The position numbers and the translations under genes were made by a program. DNA of 64,000 bases from Minisyncoccota bacterium (GTDB taxonomy: Bacteria > Patescibacteriota > Minisyncoccia > Phycocordibacterales > UBA9973), in assembly GCA_041659785.1 (NCBI GenBank), contig JBAZXO010000001.1:177649-241648 (forward strand), written 5' to 3'. This document shows positions 16,665 to 26,566 of the stretch, piece by piece. How positions within the stretch are numbered: position 1 is the stretch's first letter; each line of letters starts with the position of its first letter. A model generated the notes under the pieces. It did no database searches. It saw nothing but the letters and a program-made list of their open reading frames with translations, and was not told where the DNA came from.

Positions 16665-19088
16665 CTATGTATTTGTTTTATCACCCAACGCTGTAAGAAT
16701 TTTTATAACTGTATCAGGATTTAATGACATACTTTCTATGCCCTCGGCTACGAGAAATTTTGCAAATTCTGGATAGTCTGATGGTGCTTGACCGCAGATG
16801 CCGATATACTTCCCTTTCTCTTTACATTTATGAATTATTTGAGCCACGAGTTTTTTTACTGCAGGATTATTTTCATTTGCTATGTGTGTGACTATTCCCG
16901 AATCACGATCGAGCCCTAAGGTAAGCTGGGTCAAATCATTTGAGCCGATAGACATACCATCGAAAACTTCTAGAAATTCATCCGCGAGAAGAATGTTTGA
17001 AGGTATTTCACACATTACATATATATGAAGGTCTTTATCCTTCTCTCTATCTAAGCCAAATTCTTTCATCACCTCTACTACCTGCTTCCCTTCTTCGGGA
17101 GTACGACAAAATGGAATCATCGGTACGACATTTGTAAGCCCCATATCCTCCCTGACAATTTTCATTGCTTTACACTCGAGGCTGAAAGCTTCTTTAAACT
17201 TCGGATCATAATAACGAGATGCTCCTCGCCATCCGATCATTGGGTTTTCTTCATGCGGTTCATACATATCTCCTCCCACAAGCGTACGGTATTCATTCGT
17301 CTTGAAATCAGAGAAACGAATAATAACTTTTTCTGGGAAGAAAGTAGCACCGATTTTTGCAATTCCTAATGCGAGGTTGTCTACATAAAATTGTGGTTTA
17401 TCTTTATAAAGGGGCGTTAAGTCATCAATTTTCTTAAGAATTTTATTTATTGCTGGAGTTTTCTTTTCTTTTTTTAATTTTTCATAATTAATTAAAGCAT
17501 TAGGATGCACGCCGATATGTTCAGCGATAATGAATTCTAATCTACCTAGGCCCACTCCTTGTGCAGGAATATTATGATTCTTAAATGCCTCATCTGGGGA
17601 ACCAATGTTCACCATGATTTTCGTTTCTATCTTAGGTATTTTATCTAAACGATGTTCTATTATCTTAAATGGGATAATTCCTTCGTACACATTGCCCACT
17701 TGGCCCCCTGAAGAGTCCACAGTGACTTCCTTGCCATTTTTTAATACCTTCGTGGCATTGTTTGATCCGACGATACAGGGTATGCCAAGCTCACGAGATA
17801 CAATAGCCGCATGAGAAGTACGTCCACCTTTATCTGTAACAATAGCTGATGCTATTTTCATAATAGGCTCCCAATCTGGGTCAGTAATCTCCGTCACCAA
17901 TACTTCCCCTTTCTTGAAAGAATTTATGCTTTTTGCATTGTGCAAAACACGAACTTTTCCTGCGCCAATCTTCGCACCGACGGCAATACCACTCACTAAA
18001 ACCTTACCTTTTTTTTCTAATTTATATTCTTTTAAGATATTTTTATCTTCTCCAGAAACAACTGTCTCGGGACGTGCTTGCACAATAAATAGCTCACCGG
18101 TTTTACCATCTTTAGCCCACTCTATATCCATCGGCTGGTAACGATTGTGTTTTTTAGAAAAATATTTTTCTATTTGGTAACACCATTTTGCAAGCTTTAC
18201 AGCTTCGTCATTTGTGATTGAGAACTTTTGCTGATCGGATACTGAAACCTTTTCTTCTTTTGTACCGTCCTTGGCATAAACAAGCTTTATATTTTTCTTA
18301 CCAATATTTTTACCAATAATTGGATTTTTACTATTGTTATCTAAGCTTGGTTTAAAAATAATAAATTCATCTGGGATAACTTTACCTTGAACGATAAACT
18401 CACCGAGACCGTATATGCCTGTGACTACGATAACTTTATCGAAACCTGTCTCTGTGTCTATAGTAAATGCCACGCCTGAAGAAGAAAGATCTGAACGCAC
18501 CATGCGCTGAATACCTACAGACAATGCAGCATCGAAATGGGAGAAACCTTTATCGGCACGATAAGAGACAGCTCTGTCGGTAAAGAGCGAAGCAATACAT
18601 TTCTTTGTCGCAACGAGAATGTTTTCAATACCATGAACATTTAAGTATGTTTCCTGCTGACCAGCAAAAGAAGCTCCAGGTAGGTCCTCAGCCGTGGCAG
18701 ATGAACGCACTGCGACATCACTGTTCTTCCTATACTTTTCACCTAATTTTTTATATGATTCCGTAATTACATCTTGAAGGTCTTGTGGAAGAGTAGCTTT
18801 CAGAATAGCTTCGCGGCATTTCTTGGCACGAACTTGCAAATTACGAATATCTTTTGTATTTAAATCAGAAAGAATCTTTTTTATTTCTTCATCTAGACCA
18901 GTTTTCTTAAAAAAATGACGATAAGCATCAGCGGTAATAGCAAAACCATCCGGTACATTTACGCCAAGTGGTACTAGGTTTGAATACATTTCTCCTAACG
19001 CAGCATTTTTACCTCCCACAACTGAAACATCATCAATACCTACCTCGGAAAACCACTTTACAAAATTCCCTGCTCTTTCTTCTGCCAT
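16665..19088 (-). CDS. ppsA: phosphoenolpyruvate synthase (pyruvate, water dikinase)
   Basis: VGGKNA, AVRSSATAED, QARPET, GGRTSHAAIVSRE, SIGSNDLTQ. Confidence 0.96.
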   Translation of the reverse strand: MAEERAGNFVKWFSEVGIDDVSVVGGKNAALGEMYSNLVPLGVNVPDGFAITADAYRHFFKKTGLDEEIKKILSDLNTKDIRNLQVRAKKCREAILKATLPQDLQDVITESYKKLGEKYRKNSDVAVRSSATAEDLPGASFAGQQETYLNVHGIENILVATKKCIASLFTDRAVSYRADKGFSHFDAALSVGIQRMVRSDLSSSGVAFTIDTETGFDKVIVVTGIYGLGEFIVQGKVIPDEFIIFKPSLDNNSKNPIIGKNIGKKNIKLVYAKDGTKEEKVSVSDQQKFSITNDEAVKLAKWCYQIEKYFSKKHNRYQPMDIEWAKDGKTGELFIVQARPETVVSGEDKNILKEYKLEKKGKVLVSGIAVGAKIGAGKVRVLHNAKSINSFKKGEVLVTEITDPDWEPIMKIASAIVTDKGGRTSHAAIVSRELGIPCIVGSNNATKVLKNGKEVTVDSSGGQVGNVYEGIIPFKIIEHRLDKIPKIETKIMVNIGSPDEAFKNHNIPAQGVGLGRLEFIIAEHIGVHPNALINYEKLKKEKKTPAINKILKKIDDLTPLYKDKPQFYVDNLALGIAKIGATFFPEKVIIRFSDFKTNEYRTLVGGDMYEPHEENPMIGWRGASRYYDPKFKEAFSLECKAMKIVREDMGLTNVVPMIPFCRTPEEGKQVVEVMKEFGLDREKDKDLHIYVMCEIPSNILLADEFLEVFDGMSIGSNDLTQLTLGLDRDSGIVTHIANENNPAVKKLVAQIIHKCKEKGKYIGICGQAPSDYPEFAKFLVAEGIESMSLNPDTVIKILTALGDKTNT

Positions 19089-19100
19089 AATTAATTCTTT

Positions 19101-20342
19101 TTAACTTAATAATAAATTGCTAATTTTTATTAGCCTTTGATACTTTACCATTCTTTCAGCTTTTTGTGGAGAACCAGCCTTCAATCCAAAACAATTAAAA
19201 GCAAAAGCAAGGTCAGCGATAAAATCATCATCTGTCTCCCCGCTCCTATGGCTCACGATGAGCTCTATGTCATTTTCTCTCGCAAGCTGCATGGTCTCTA
19301 GGGTCTCAGAAAGTGTGCCGATCTGATTGGGTTTGATTATCATCGCATTTATGCTTCCCTTTCCTATCGCTTCTTTTAATAAAACTTTATTGGTGACGGT
19401 CAAATCATCACCGACTACTATTATTTTATTATTTTCCTTCAAATTTTTGAAACTTTCAAAATCTTCTTCATCAAAAGGGTCCTCAATAGAAAGTAAATTA
19501 AACTCAGCAATCAAAGAACTATAAATACTCATCAATTCTTCTTTTGAAATATCTTTTCCATCAACTTTATATGTTCCATTATTGTAGAAAGATGAGCTAG
19601 CTACGTCTAAAGCGAGTCTTACTTTGTCCTCTATATTATTTTCTTTTATCGCTTCAGTTAAATATAAAAGTGGTTTTTTTATGTCACTTACTTTAGGAGC
19701 AAAACCTCCTTCATCACCGAGCACGAGCGAATCTTCCCCTAAATCTTTACCTATAATTTCTTTTAAGCTATTTTGAATTTTATTCCCTATTTCTACTGCT
19801 TCAGCAACATCTTCCGTATCTGGCACAACGTGATATTCCTGAAAAGCTAAATCATTTTTCGCATGCTTCCCTCCATTTATTAAATTCATATACAAAAACG
19901 GGACTTTTCTTGAAGGCTTTATCTCTGCAAGGGTCTGTAAATATTCATATGTTTCTTGATTGGTAACTTTGGCTGCCACCTTCGCACAAGCGACACTAAC
20001 TCCAATCATAGAATTGCTACCCAAATTATCTTTATTGGAAGTGCCATCTAGCTCAATCATAATTCTATCTATTTCTTTCTGATTTAAAACATCTTTACCG
20101 ACTAAAGCTCCTGCAATAATTTTGTTTACTTTTTCAATTGCATTTTGCACACCTTTTCCATCGGGATCCCGCAGTTCATGTGCTTCATGAGCGCCAGTAG
20201 AAGCTCCAGACGGCACAGAAAAGCTATCAGACATATCACCTACCCCCGCCAGAGGCGGGCAAGCATACACAGTAACTTTAATAGTCGGATTCCCTCTTGA
20301 ATCTTTTATCTCTTCGGCTGTTATTTTAGTAATTTGATTCAT
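19101..20342 (-). CDS. eno: enolase
   Basis: DSRGNPT, PSGASTG, GDEGGF, IKPNQIG, SHRSGET. Confidence 0.96.
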   Translation of the reverse strand: MNQITKITAEEIKDSRGNPTIKVTVYACPPLAGVGDMSDSFSVPSGASTGAHEAHELRDPDGKGVQNAIEKVNKIIAGALVGKDVLNQKEIDRIMIELDGTSNKDNLGSNSMIGVSVACAKVAAKVTNQETYEYLQTLAEIKPSRKVPFLYMNLINGGKHAKNDLAFQEYHVVPDTEDVAEAVEIGNKIQNSLKEIIGKDLGEDSLVLGDEGGFAPKVSDIKKPLLYLTEAIKENNIEDKVRLALDVASSSFYNNGTYKVDGKDISKEELMSIYSSLIAEFNLLSIEDPFDEEDFESFKNLKENNKIIVVGDDLTVTNKVLLKEAIGKGSINAMIIKPNQIGTLSETLETMQLARENDIELIVSHRSGETDDDFIADLAFAFNCFGLKAGSPQKAERMVKYQRLIKISNLLLS

Positions 20343-20354
20343 TATTTTTTATTC

Positions 20355-21644
20355 TTAATTTTTTTTGGTTAAAAGAACCATTAAGTCAGAAACATTTGCT
20401 CCTGTGGGACCCGTAATAATCATATCTTTTGTCTTTTGGAAAAGAGTATAAGAATCAAAACGATCTAGGTAGTCGTCTACGTCTAAGCCTAATTTTTCTA
20501 TCTCATTTAAAGTATTTTTATCCACCACAGCACCCGCTACGTCGCTATTATCCATGCCATCAGAGGCAAAGGATATAAAGACAGAATCTTCTCTATCTTT
20601 TTTATTTATCATTTCATCTTTTACCACCTCTAACCCCATATGCAAATTCCTGCCACCACGCCCTCCCTTTTTCATAATCACAATCTTGGGTTCACCGGCG
20701 GCGAGTACTACAGTGCCTTCTTTTTTTGCAGAAAATATTTTTTTAATTGCTTTTTCATCTTCGTCATATAAATTTGTAGAAACAATATTTGTATTAAAAT
20801 TTAACTCTTGCGCTTTTTTAGCCATTGCTTCCACTGCGGTTTTATTTGAAACTAAAACAAAATTATGAACTTTCTCAAAGTATTTATCTTCTTTAGGTGT
20901 TTCAATTAATTCAAAATCTCCTAAATTATTTTCTGCAATAATCTTTTTTACGTCCTCTATCGTAGTGTTGTCTTTATATGTTGCCCCAGAAGCAACATTT
21001 TCAAAAATATCTCCAGGAACATCTGAAAAAATAAGTCCGATAACCGTCGCAGGATAGGCTAATTTCGCTAGTCCGCCACCTTTTAACAAGGATAGATGTT
21101 TTCTAACTGTATTGATCTCAGAAATCGTTTTACCAGACTTTAGAAATGCATCATAAAGCTTCGCCCCCTCCACATATTCACTTTCAGGATAACAAAGTAA
21201 AGCCGAACCCCCACCAGAGACAAGAACAATGATCAAATCAGCAGCATCTGAATCTTTAATTATTTCATATATTTTTTTTCCAGCAGGAACATTTACCTCA
21301 CTTGGCCTAGGGTGTGTACCAGCAAAGGTTTCGATATACTTAGCGTCTACTTTTGAAAGTCCAATGACTGCTCCCATTTTAATTCTAGAACCTAAAATTT
21401 CCTCCAATGCTAGAGCTGCATCACAAGAAGATTTACCAAAACCAACAACTTTTATACTTTTAAATTTATTTAAGTCGAAACTTTCCCCGTCTATAAAAAG
21501 TACGCCATCTTCGAGATTTATTTTATTTTTTATTACCTTTTGGGTATTTATAGCATCCAAACCAGCCTCTACTATTTCTAGCGCATTTTTTCTATTGGGA
21601 GTTGTGGCCAACTCTTCAAAGTTTTTAATCCAACTTCTTTGCAT
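20355..21644 (-). CDS. glycerate 2-kinase (DUF4147/MOFRL family)
   Basis: HPRP, LVSGGGSAL, NTVRKHLS..KGG, GGRN, TGPTGANVSD. Confidence 0.9.
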   Translation of the reverse strand: MQRSWIKNFEELATTPNRKNALEIVEAGLDAINTQKVIKNKINLEDGVLFIDGESFDLNKFKSIKVVGFGKSSCDAALALEEILGSRIKMGAVIGLSKVDAKYIETFAGTHPRPSEVNVPAGKKIYEIIKDSDAADLIIVLVSGGGSALLCYPESEYVEGAKLYDAFLKSGKTISEINTVRKHLSLLKGGGLAKLAYPATVIGLIFSDVPGDIFENVASGATYKDNTTIEDVKKIIAENNLGDFELIETPKEDKYFEKVHNFVLVSNKTAVEAMAKKAQELNFNTNIVSTNLYDEDEKAIKKIFSAKKEGTVVLAAGEPKIVIMKKGGRGGRNLHMGLEVVKDEMINKKDREDSVFISFASDGMDNSDVAGAVVDKNTLNEIEKLGLDVDDYLDRFDSYTLFQKTKDMIITGPTGANVSDLMVLLTKKN

Positions 21645-21650
21645 ATAATT

Positions 21651-22670
21651 TTATTTAACTAAATTTATCGGACTATCATTTAAAAAACCTTGGATATTAT
21701 CAACGGTTGTTTTTTGTATCAAGGCAACCGCCTCACGAGTATAGAAGGCAATATGGGGTGTAATGATAACATTAGGCATTTTCATAAGTTCGTGGTTCAA
21801 GCCAATTATTCTTTTATCTTCATCAGTTGCAAGACCACTAGCTAAAAAGTTCACACCATCTTTTAATGGCTTCTCATCCTCTAATACATCTGCACCAAAA
21901 CCAGCGATGATACCCTCTTTCAAGCCCCATACAAGTGCTTCTGTATCGATGAGTTCTCCACGAGCTGTATTGATAAGGTAAACACCTTTTTTCATTAGAG
22001 ATATTTTTTCTTTGTTTATTAAATGAATATCTTCTTTATTGCAAGGAGCGTGCAAAGTAATAATGTCAGCTTCAGAAACAACCTCTGCCAAACTTTTATA
22101 CATAAAGTTATTTTTGAAATTATTCTCTTTAGCAAAAGCTAAGTCTGGGTGTAGATCATAAGCAATTACTTTCATATTGAAACCTTCGGCAATTTTTACA
22201 ACATTTTTTCCAATTTTCCCAGTACCAATAATTCCAAGTGTCTTACCATTCAAATCAAAACCTTCCATCTCTCCAAAATAATTAAAATCTTCTGACTCTG
22301 TTATGTAATTATTCGCTTTTATAATATTTCTCGAGAGACTCAACATCAAAGTGAAAGCAAATTCAGCGACTGTGTGAGAACCATAAGCGGGCACATTGGA
22401 AACTTTTATTCCTTTACTTGCCGCATATGCACAATCAATATGATCAAAACCTGTAGAACGAGTGGCAATAAACTTCAAATTTGGTAATGCATCGATAACC
22501 TTTTTATTTATAGTAGAAGTAACAAAGATACAGACCACATCAGCATCTTTTGCTTTTTCTGCACTATTTTCATTTAGTTTTTCCTCAAAATAAGTAACAT
22601 CTGCACCACCTAAATATCCTGCAAAAACAGACTGTTCTATTTTCAGCACATCAAAAAATACTATTTTCAT
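21651..22670 (-). CDS. D-isomer 2-hydroxyacid dehydrogenase (D-lactate/glycerate DH family)
   Basis: TRSTGFDHID, GTGKIG, INTARG, ITPHIAF. Confidence 0.92.
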   Translation of the reverse strand: MKIVFFDVLKIEQSVFAGYLGGADVTYFEEKLNENSAEKAKDADVVCIFVTSTINKKVIDALPNLKFIATRSTGFDHIDCAYAASKGIKVSNVPAYGSHTVAEFAFTLMLSLSRNIIKANNYITESEDFNYFGEMEGFDLNGKTLGIIGTGKIGKNVVKIAEGFNMKVIAYDLHPDLAFAKENNFKNNFMYKSLAEVVSEADIITLHAPCNKEDIHLINKEKISLMKKGVYLINTARGELIDTEALVWGLKEGIIAGFGADVLEDEKPLKDGVNFLASGLATDEDKRIIGLNHELMKMPNVIITPHIAFYTREAVALIQKTTVDNIQGFLNDSPINLVK

Positions 22671-22701
22671 AGATATATTATAACATATTTTAAAAGACTA
22701 T

Positions 22702-23979
22702 TTACCAAGTAGTAATAGCTGATCTTTTCCAAGTATTCGTGGCTACACAAACATAAACGTAGCCGGAATCCCAAGCTATTGAACCAGTAATACAAGCAGA
22801 TGCAGCAGTGGCTGGAGTCTGGGCTGTTTCTAAAATAAAAGAATTTGAATTTATATCAAGCTTTGCTTGTGGTGCTTTTGTACCTATTCCAATATTCCCA
22901 GTTGAAATTGTTGCTCCTGTGCCATCGAGTGCTGTGCCGTAAATTAAATTACCTATGTCTAACTGATTTGATGCAGTTGCACTTGCTACAGCTACATCGT
23001 TACCTATTGATATATTGTTTGAACCAGTGGTGATTTGATTTTGTGATGCAGATATAGTCGAATTTCCAACAACAACATTACGAGCACCCGATGTAACTCC
23101 ATAACCAGACTGATAACCAATTAGGGTATTATAATCCGATCCAGTAAGTGCCTTATAGCCTGACTGATAGCCAAGATAGACTCCACCTTGATTAGAAAAA
23201 TGTGTTACGTTACCACTTCCAGCATTATAACCAACTGCCGTGTTAGATGTAGCTACATCACTAAAATATAAAGCATTTCCCCCAATAACGGTATTTTTTG
23301 AACCCGTAGTGTTGTAGACTAATCCCTCAAATCCTACAATAGTATTATCACTACCTGTGGTATTTGTAGCTAAAACATTGTGCCCTATTGCAGTATTATC
23401 AATACCAGTTGTATTTAACAAAAAGGAATATGAACCAATCCCAATATTAAAAGAGCCTGTGGTATTGGCACTAAGAGTATAGTCACCAATTGCAATATTG
23501 CTAGTTCCTGTGGTATTTGCGTTAAGTGCAAATGAACCCAAGGCAGTATTTTCTAATCCTGTGGTATTTGAAGATAGTGCACTATCTCCCACTGCTGTAT
23601 TATAACTTCCTTGTGATCCAGTACTTCCTGTCATTGTAAAGTTACCTGCATTTATTCCAACAAAAGTATTTTGTCCATCAGTTCCAGCTAGCGCAAAATT
23701 ATGGATAAAACGATTTGCTCCTTTGAAAATAACTCCGGTAGTTGAACTTGTGGTCGTAGGAATAGTAAGACTACTACCCAAAGTAACCATCCCTGTTCCT
23801 GTGGTTATCGCTCCGTTGTTCGTAGTCTGTAATGACAAAGCATTCCCTGCACCTACATCTATCGTAGAAGCAGCATCTCCTGTAATAGCAGCTGAGCTGA
23901 AGGTTAGAGAGGCAAATGCTTTTGTTGCACCTAAGACAATTACTAATAATACAAACAAACTTAATATTTTTTTATTCAT
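22702..23979 (-). CDS. secreted adhesin/tail-fibre-like beta-helix repeat protein
   Basis: Signal peptide; about 14-aa NTTGxxNTAxG repeats; C-terminal WDSGYVYVC..TNTWKR. Confidence 0.75.
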   Translation of the reverse strand: MNKKILSLFVLLVIVLGATKAFASLTFSSAAITGDAASTIDVGAGNALSLQTTNNGAITTGTGMVTLGSSLTIPTTTSSTTGVIFKGANRFIHNFALAGTDGQNTFVGINAGNFTMTGSTGSQGSYNTAVGDSALSSNTTGLENTALGSFALNANTTGTSNIAIGDYTLSANTTGSFNIGIGSYSFLLNTTGIDNTAIGHNVLATNTTGSDNTIVGFEGLVYNTTGSKNTVIGGNALYFSDVATSNTAVGYNAGSGNVTHFSNQGGVYLGYQSGYKALTGSDYNTLIGYQSGYGVTSGARNVVVGNSTISASQNQITTGSNNISIGNDVAVASATASNQLDIGNLIYGTALDGTGATISTGNIGIGTKAPQAKLDINSNSFILETAQTPATAASACITGSIAWDSGYVYVCVATNTWKRSAITTW

Positions 23980-24017
23980 AATATACTTAAAAAGTTAATT
24001 ATTAATTCAACTCTTTA

Positions 24018-24047
24018 AGTTTACCCCCCCCCCCGAAATTTTGTTAA
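24018..24047 (-). promoter_or_regulatory. sigma70-like promoter with G11 tract in spacer
   Basis: Minus strand TTAACA-aaatttc-G11-TAAACT (18-nt spacer) upstream of the adhesin. Confidence 0.55.
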
Positions 24048-24093
24048 GTGAAAATGGGGATAACTCAAATAACAAGGTTAAACCTTGTAATTT

Positions 24094-24468
24094 TTATTTA
24101 AACCAACTTGTTAAAAATGACCAAAAGCCCGAAGACGCAGGCTTGGGCGCCATGGGTGGATTTTTATCTTCTACTACTACCGTCAGGTCTTCTCCTTCTT
24201 TTACTAGACCTAGATTTTCTCTAAAGAACTTCTCCTTACCTGCATCAGTGTTTAAATTATTTATCTCGGATGAGATATTTTTCTGTTGTTGTTTTAAGGC
24301 AGCTACTTTATCTTCTGCAATTTTTCTATTTTTACTAGTTTCCTCCATTCTGCCCCAAAGCTCCCAAACATTCCAAGCAAAAAATAACAAAACAATACCA
24401 AAAAATATTAAAAATGGTTTTGACTCTACAATATTCCTCCAGCCCCTTTTTTCTTGAAAATTTCTCAT
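24094..24468 (-). CDS. septum formation initiator family protein (FtsB/DivIC)
   Basis: N-terminal TM, coiled coil, E.FFRENLGLVKEGE motif. Confidence 0.8.
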   Translation of the reverse strand: MRNFQEKRGWRNIVESKPFLIFFGIVLLFFAWNVWELWGRMEETSKNRKIAEDKVAALKQQQKNISSEINNLNTDAGKEKFFRENLGLVKEGEDLTVVVEDKNPPMAPKPASSGFWSFLTSWFK

Positions 24469-24563
24469 AGTATGCTACCCGGTTAGTAGATTTTGGCAAT
24501 GTAATTTACAATTACGCGCCTTGCGCCTTGCCAAAACTCACTACCGGGTGCTATGCTCATTGT

Positions 24564-24674
24564 ATGCTTTTCAACAAAAAACATCAAAAGAAAATACAAA
24601 TTGCTTGGGCAGTAATTAGCGTACTCATCATCGTCAGTATGCTCGTTCTTTATTCTCCAATTTTTAGGCAATAA
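24564..24674 (+). CDS. 36-aa single-TM microprotein MLFNKKHQKKIQIAWAVISVLIIVSMLVLYSPIFRQ
   Basis: Manual translation; basic N-terminus plus TM helix; TTGCCA...TGcTATGCT promoter 6 nt before ATG; hairpins after stop. Confidence 0.7.
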   Translation: MLFNKKHQKKIQIAWAVISVLIIVSMLVLYSPIFRQ

Positions 24675-24680
24675 GACTTA

Positions 24681-24725
24681 AGCCGACGTTTCAGTCGGCT
24701 CCCCGACCCAAAAAAGGCGTCGGGG
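24681..24725. repeat. tandem palindromes, probable terminator between convergent genes
   Basis: AGCCGAC..GTCGGCT and CCCCGAC..GTCGGGG. Confidence 0.6.
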
Positions 24726-26564
24726 TTATTCCCCCGTACGCATCATCTTCAAAAATACATCTTGAGGGATATTTACTCGTCCCCTTTCTTTCATTTTCTT
24801 CTTACCTTTCTTTTGTTTCTCGCGAAGTTTCATTTTACGAGTGATGTCACCTCCATACATATGCTGAGTGACATCTTTTTTCATACCAGAAAGAGTGCGT
24901 GAAGAAATAATTCTACCAAGAGCTTGGCCTTGCACCTTCAAAGTAAACATCTGACGAGGTAATATCTTTGCGAGCTTTTCCACTGCTTCTTCTGCTTCAC
25001 TCTCTGCCCTCTTTCTAGAAACAACCCTAGAGAAAGCTGGCACAATTTCATCAGCTACTAAGATATCGAGTCTAGTCACATCCGCTACTCGCATATCACC
25101 TATCTCATAAGAAATAGACCCATAACCAGAAGAAGTGCTTTTTAATTCATCAAAGAAATTTCGCATCAATTCACGCAGTGGCATCTGTACAGAGATAGTC
25201 GAACGATTGTCTCCGAAGTTTTCCGTATCACCCACTTCTCCCTCATGATCAAAAAGAAGCTGCATAATATTTCCGACATATTGCACTGGAGTAATTATTT
25301 TTAATTTTACCCATGGTTCAAAGACTGTATCTATGTTTCCATCATCTGGAAAATGGTATGGGGAATAAACTTTCTCTTTTTTACCATTTTTCATTAAAAC
25401 TTCGTAAGTGATAGAAGGCATCGTAATCACTAATTCCAGATTAAATTCCCTTTTTAATCTCTCAGTAATAATTTCCAAATGAAGCATTCCAAGAAATCCA
25501 CATCTAAATCCTCGGCCCAAGGATCCGCTCGATTCTTCTTCGTATGAAAAAGCTGAGTCAGAAAGTTTTAATTTTCCTAAAGAAAGTTTTAATTCTGAAA
25601 AATCATCTGCATCTTCTGGAAAAACTGAAGCCCAGACCACCGGCATTGGCTGCATGTATCCAGGGAAGGCCGGTAGTGGATTTTTCGCCATTGTGATAGT
25701 ATCTCCGACTGATGCAATGCCGGGCTTTTTTATTCCAGTCACAATGTAGCCCGTATCTCCAGGAGAAAGAAAATCACGCGGAGTTTCTTCGGGAGAAAAA
25801 GTCCCCACTTCAAGAGCAGTAAATTTTTCCCCAGAAACTGCAAAGACTAAACTGTCACCCTTAGAAACCTTACCATCAAATACTCGCACAAAAACTATCA
25901 CCCCTCGATGATTTGAATATTTAAAATCAAAAACGAGAGCACGTAAATTATTGTCACCTTGATATTTTTCAATTGGTGCTGGAATACGTTTTACGACTTC
26001 TTGTAAGAGTTCTTCTACCCCTTCTCCCGTACGCCCTGAGACCAAAAGTATATCTTCTGAACTACAATCTAATAAGTTCATCACCTCTTCCTTTATGTCA
26101 TTTATCCGAGCTAGAGGAGAATCAATTTTAGAGAGTACAGGGATGATTTTAAGCCCTCCCTGACGCGCCATAGCAAGCGTAGTAAGCGTTTGAGCCTGGA
26201 CTCCCTGAGTTGAGTCTACCAGCAAAATAGACCCTTCTACGGCCTTTAATGCTCGAGAAACTTCATAGGAAAAGTCTATGTGCCCCGGGGTATCTATCAA
26301 ATTAAGTACAAAAACCTCACCCCCAGCCCCTCTCCTGTCAGGAGAGGGTGGCCAAAGGTCGGGTGAGGTATATTCCATTCGGACTGGCTGCATCTTGATA
26401 GTGATACCCCTTTCGCGTTCGATGTCCATAGAGTCTAGTACTTGGTCACGCATTTTACGCACCTCTATTGTGTGTGTAATCTCAAGCATTCTGTCCGCCA
26501 AGGTACTCTTGCCGTGGTCGATGTGCGCTATGATTGAAAAATTTCTAATGTGTTTTAAATCCAT
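24726..26564 (-). CDS. lepA: translation elongation factor 4 (LepA)
   Basis: IRNFSIIAHIDHGKSTLADR, DTPGH, GFRCGFLGMLH, YGGDITRK. Confidence 0.98.
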   Translation of the reverse strand: MDLKHIRNFSIIAHIDHGKSTLADRMLEITHTIEVRKMRDQVLDSMDIERERGITIKMQPVRMEYTSPDLWPPSPDRRGAGGEVFVLNLIDTPGHIDFSYEVSRALKAVEGSILLVDSTQGVQAQTLTTLAMARQGGLKIIPVLSKIDSPLARINDIKEEVMNLLDCSSEDILLVSGRTGEGVEELLQEVVKRIPAPIEKYQGDNNLRALVFDFKYSNHRGVIVFVRVFDGKVSKGDSLVFAVSGEKFTALEVGTFSPEETPRDFLSPGDTGYIVTGIKKPGIASVGDTITMAKNPLPAFPGYMQPMPVVWASVFPEDADDFSELKLSLGKLKLSDSAFSYEEESSGSLGRGFRCGFLGMLHLEIITERLKREFNLELVITMPSITYEVLMKNGKKEKVYSPYHFPDDGNIDTVFEPWVKLKIITPVQYVGNIMQLLFDHEGEVGDTENFGDNRSTISVQMPLRELMRNFFDELKSTSSGYGSISYEIGDMRVADVTRLDILVADEIVPAFSRVVSRKRAESEAEEAVEKLAKILPRQMFTLKVQGQALGRIISSRTLSGMKKDVTQHMYGGDITRKMKLREKQKKGKKKMKERGRVNIPQDVFLKMMRTGE

Positions 26565-26566
26565 AA

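Noticed and set aside
24483-24671. 62-aa minus-strand ORF
   Set aside because: Antisense to the better-supported 36-aa membrane microprotein and overlaps the divergent promoters
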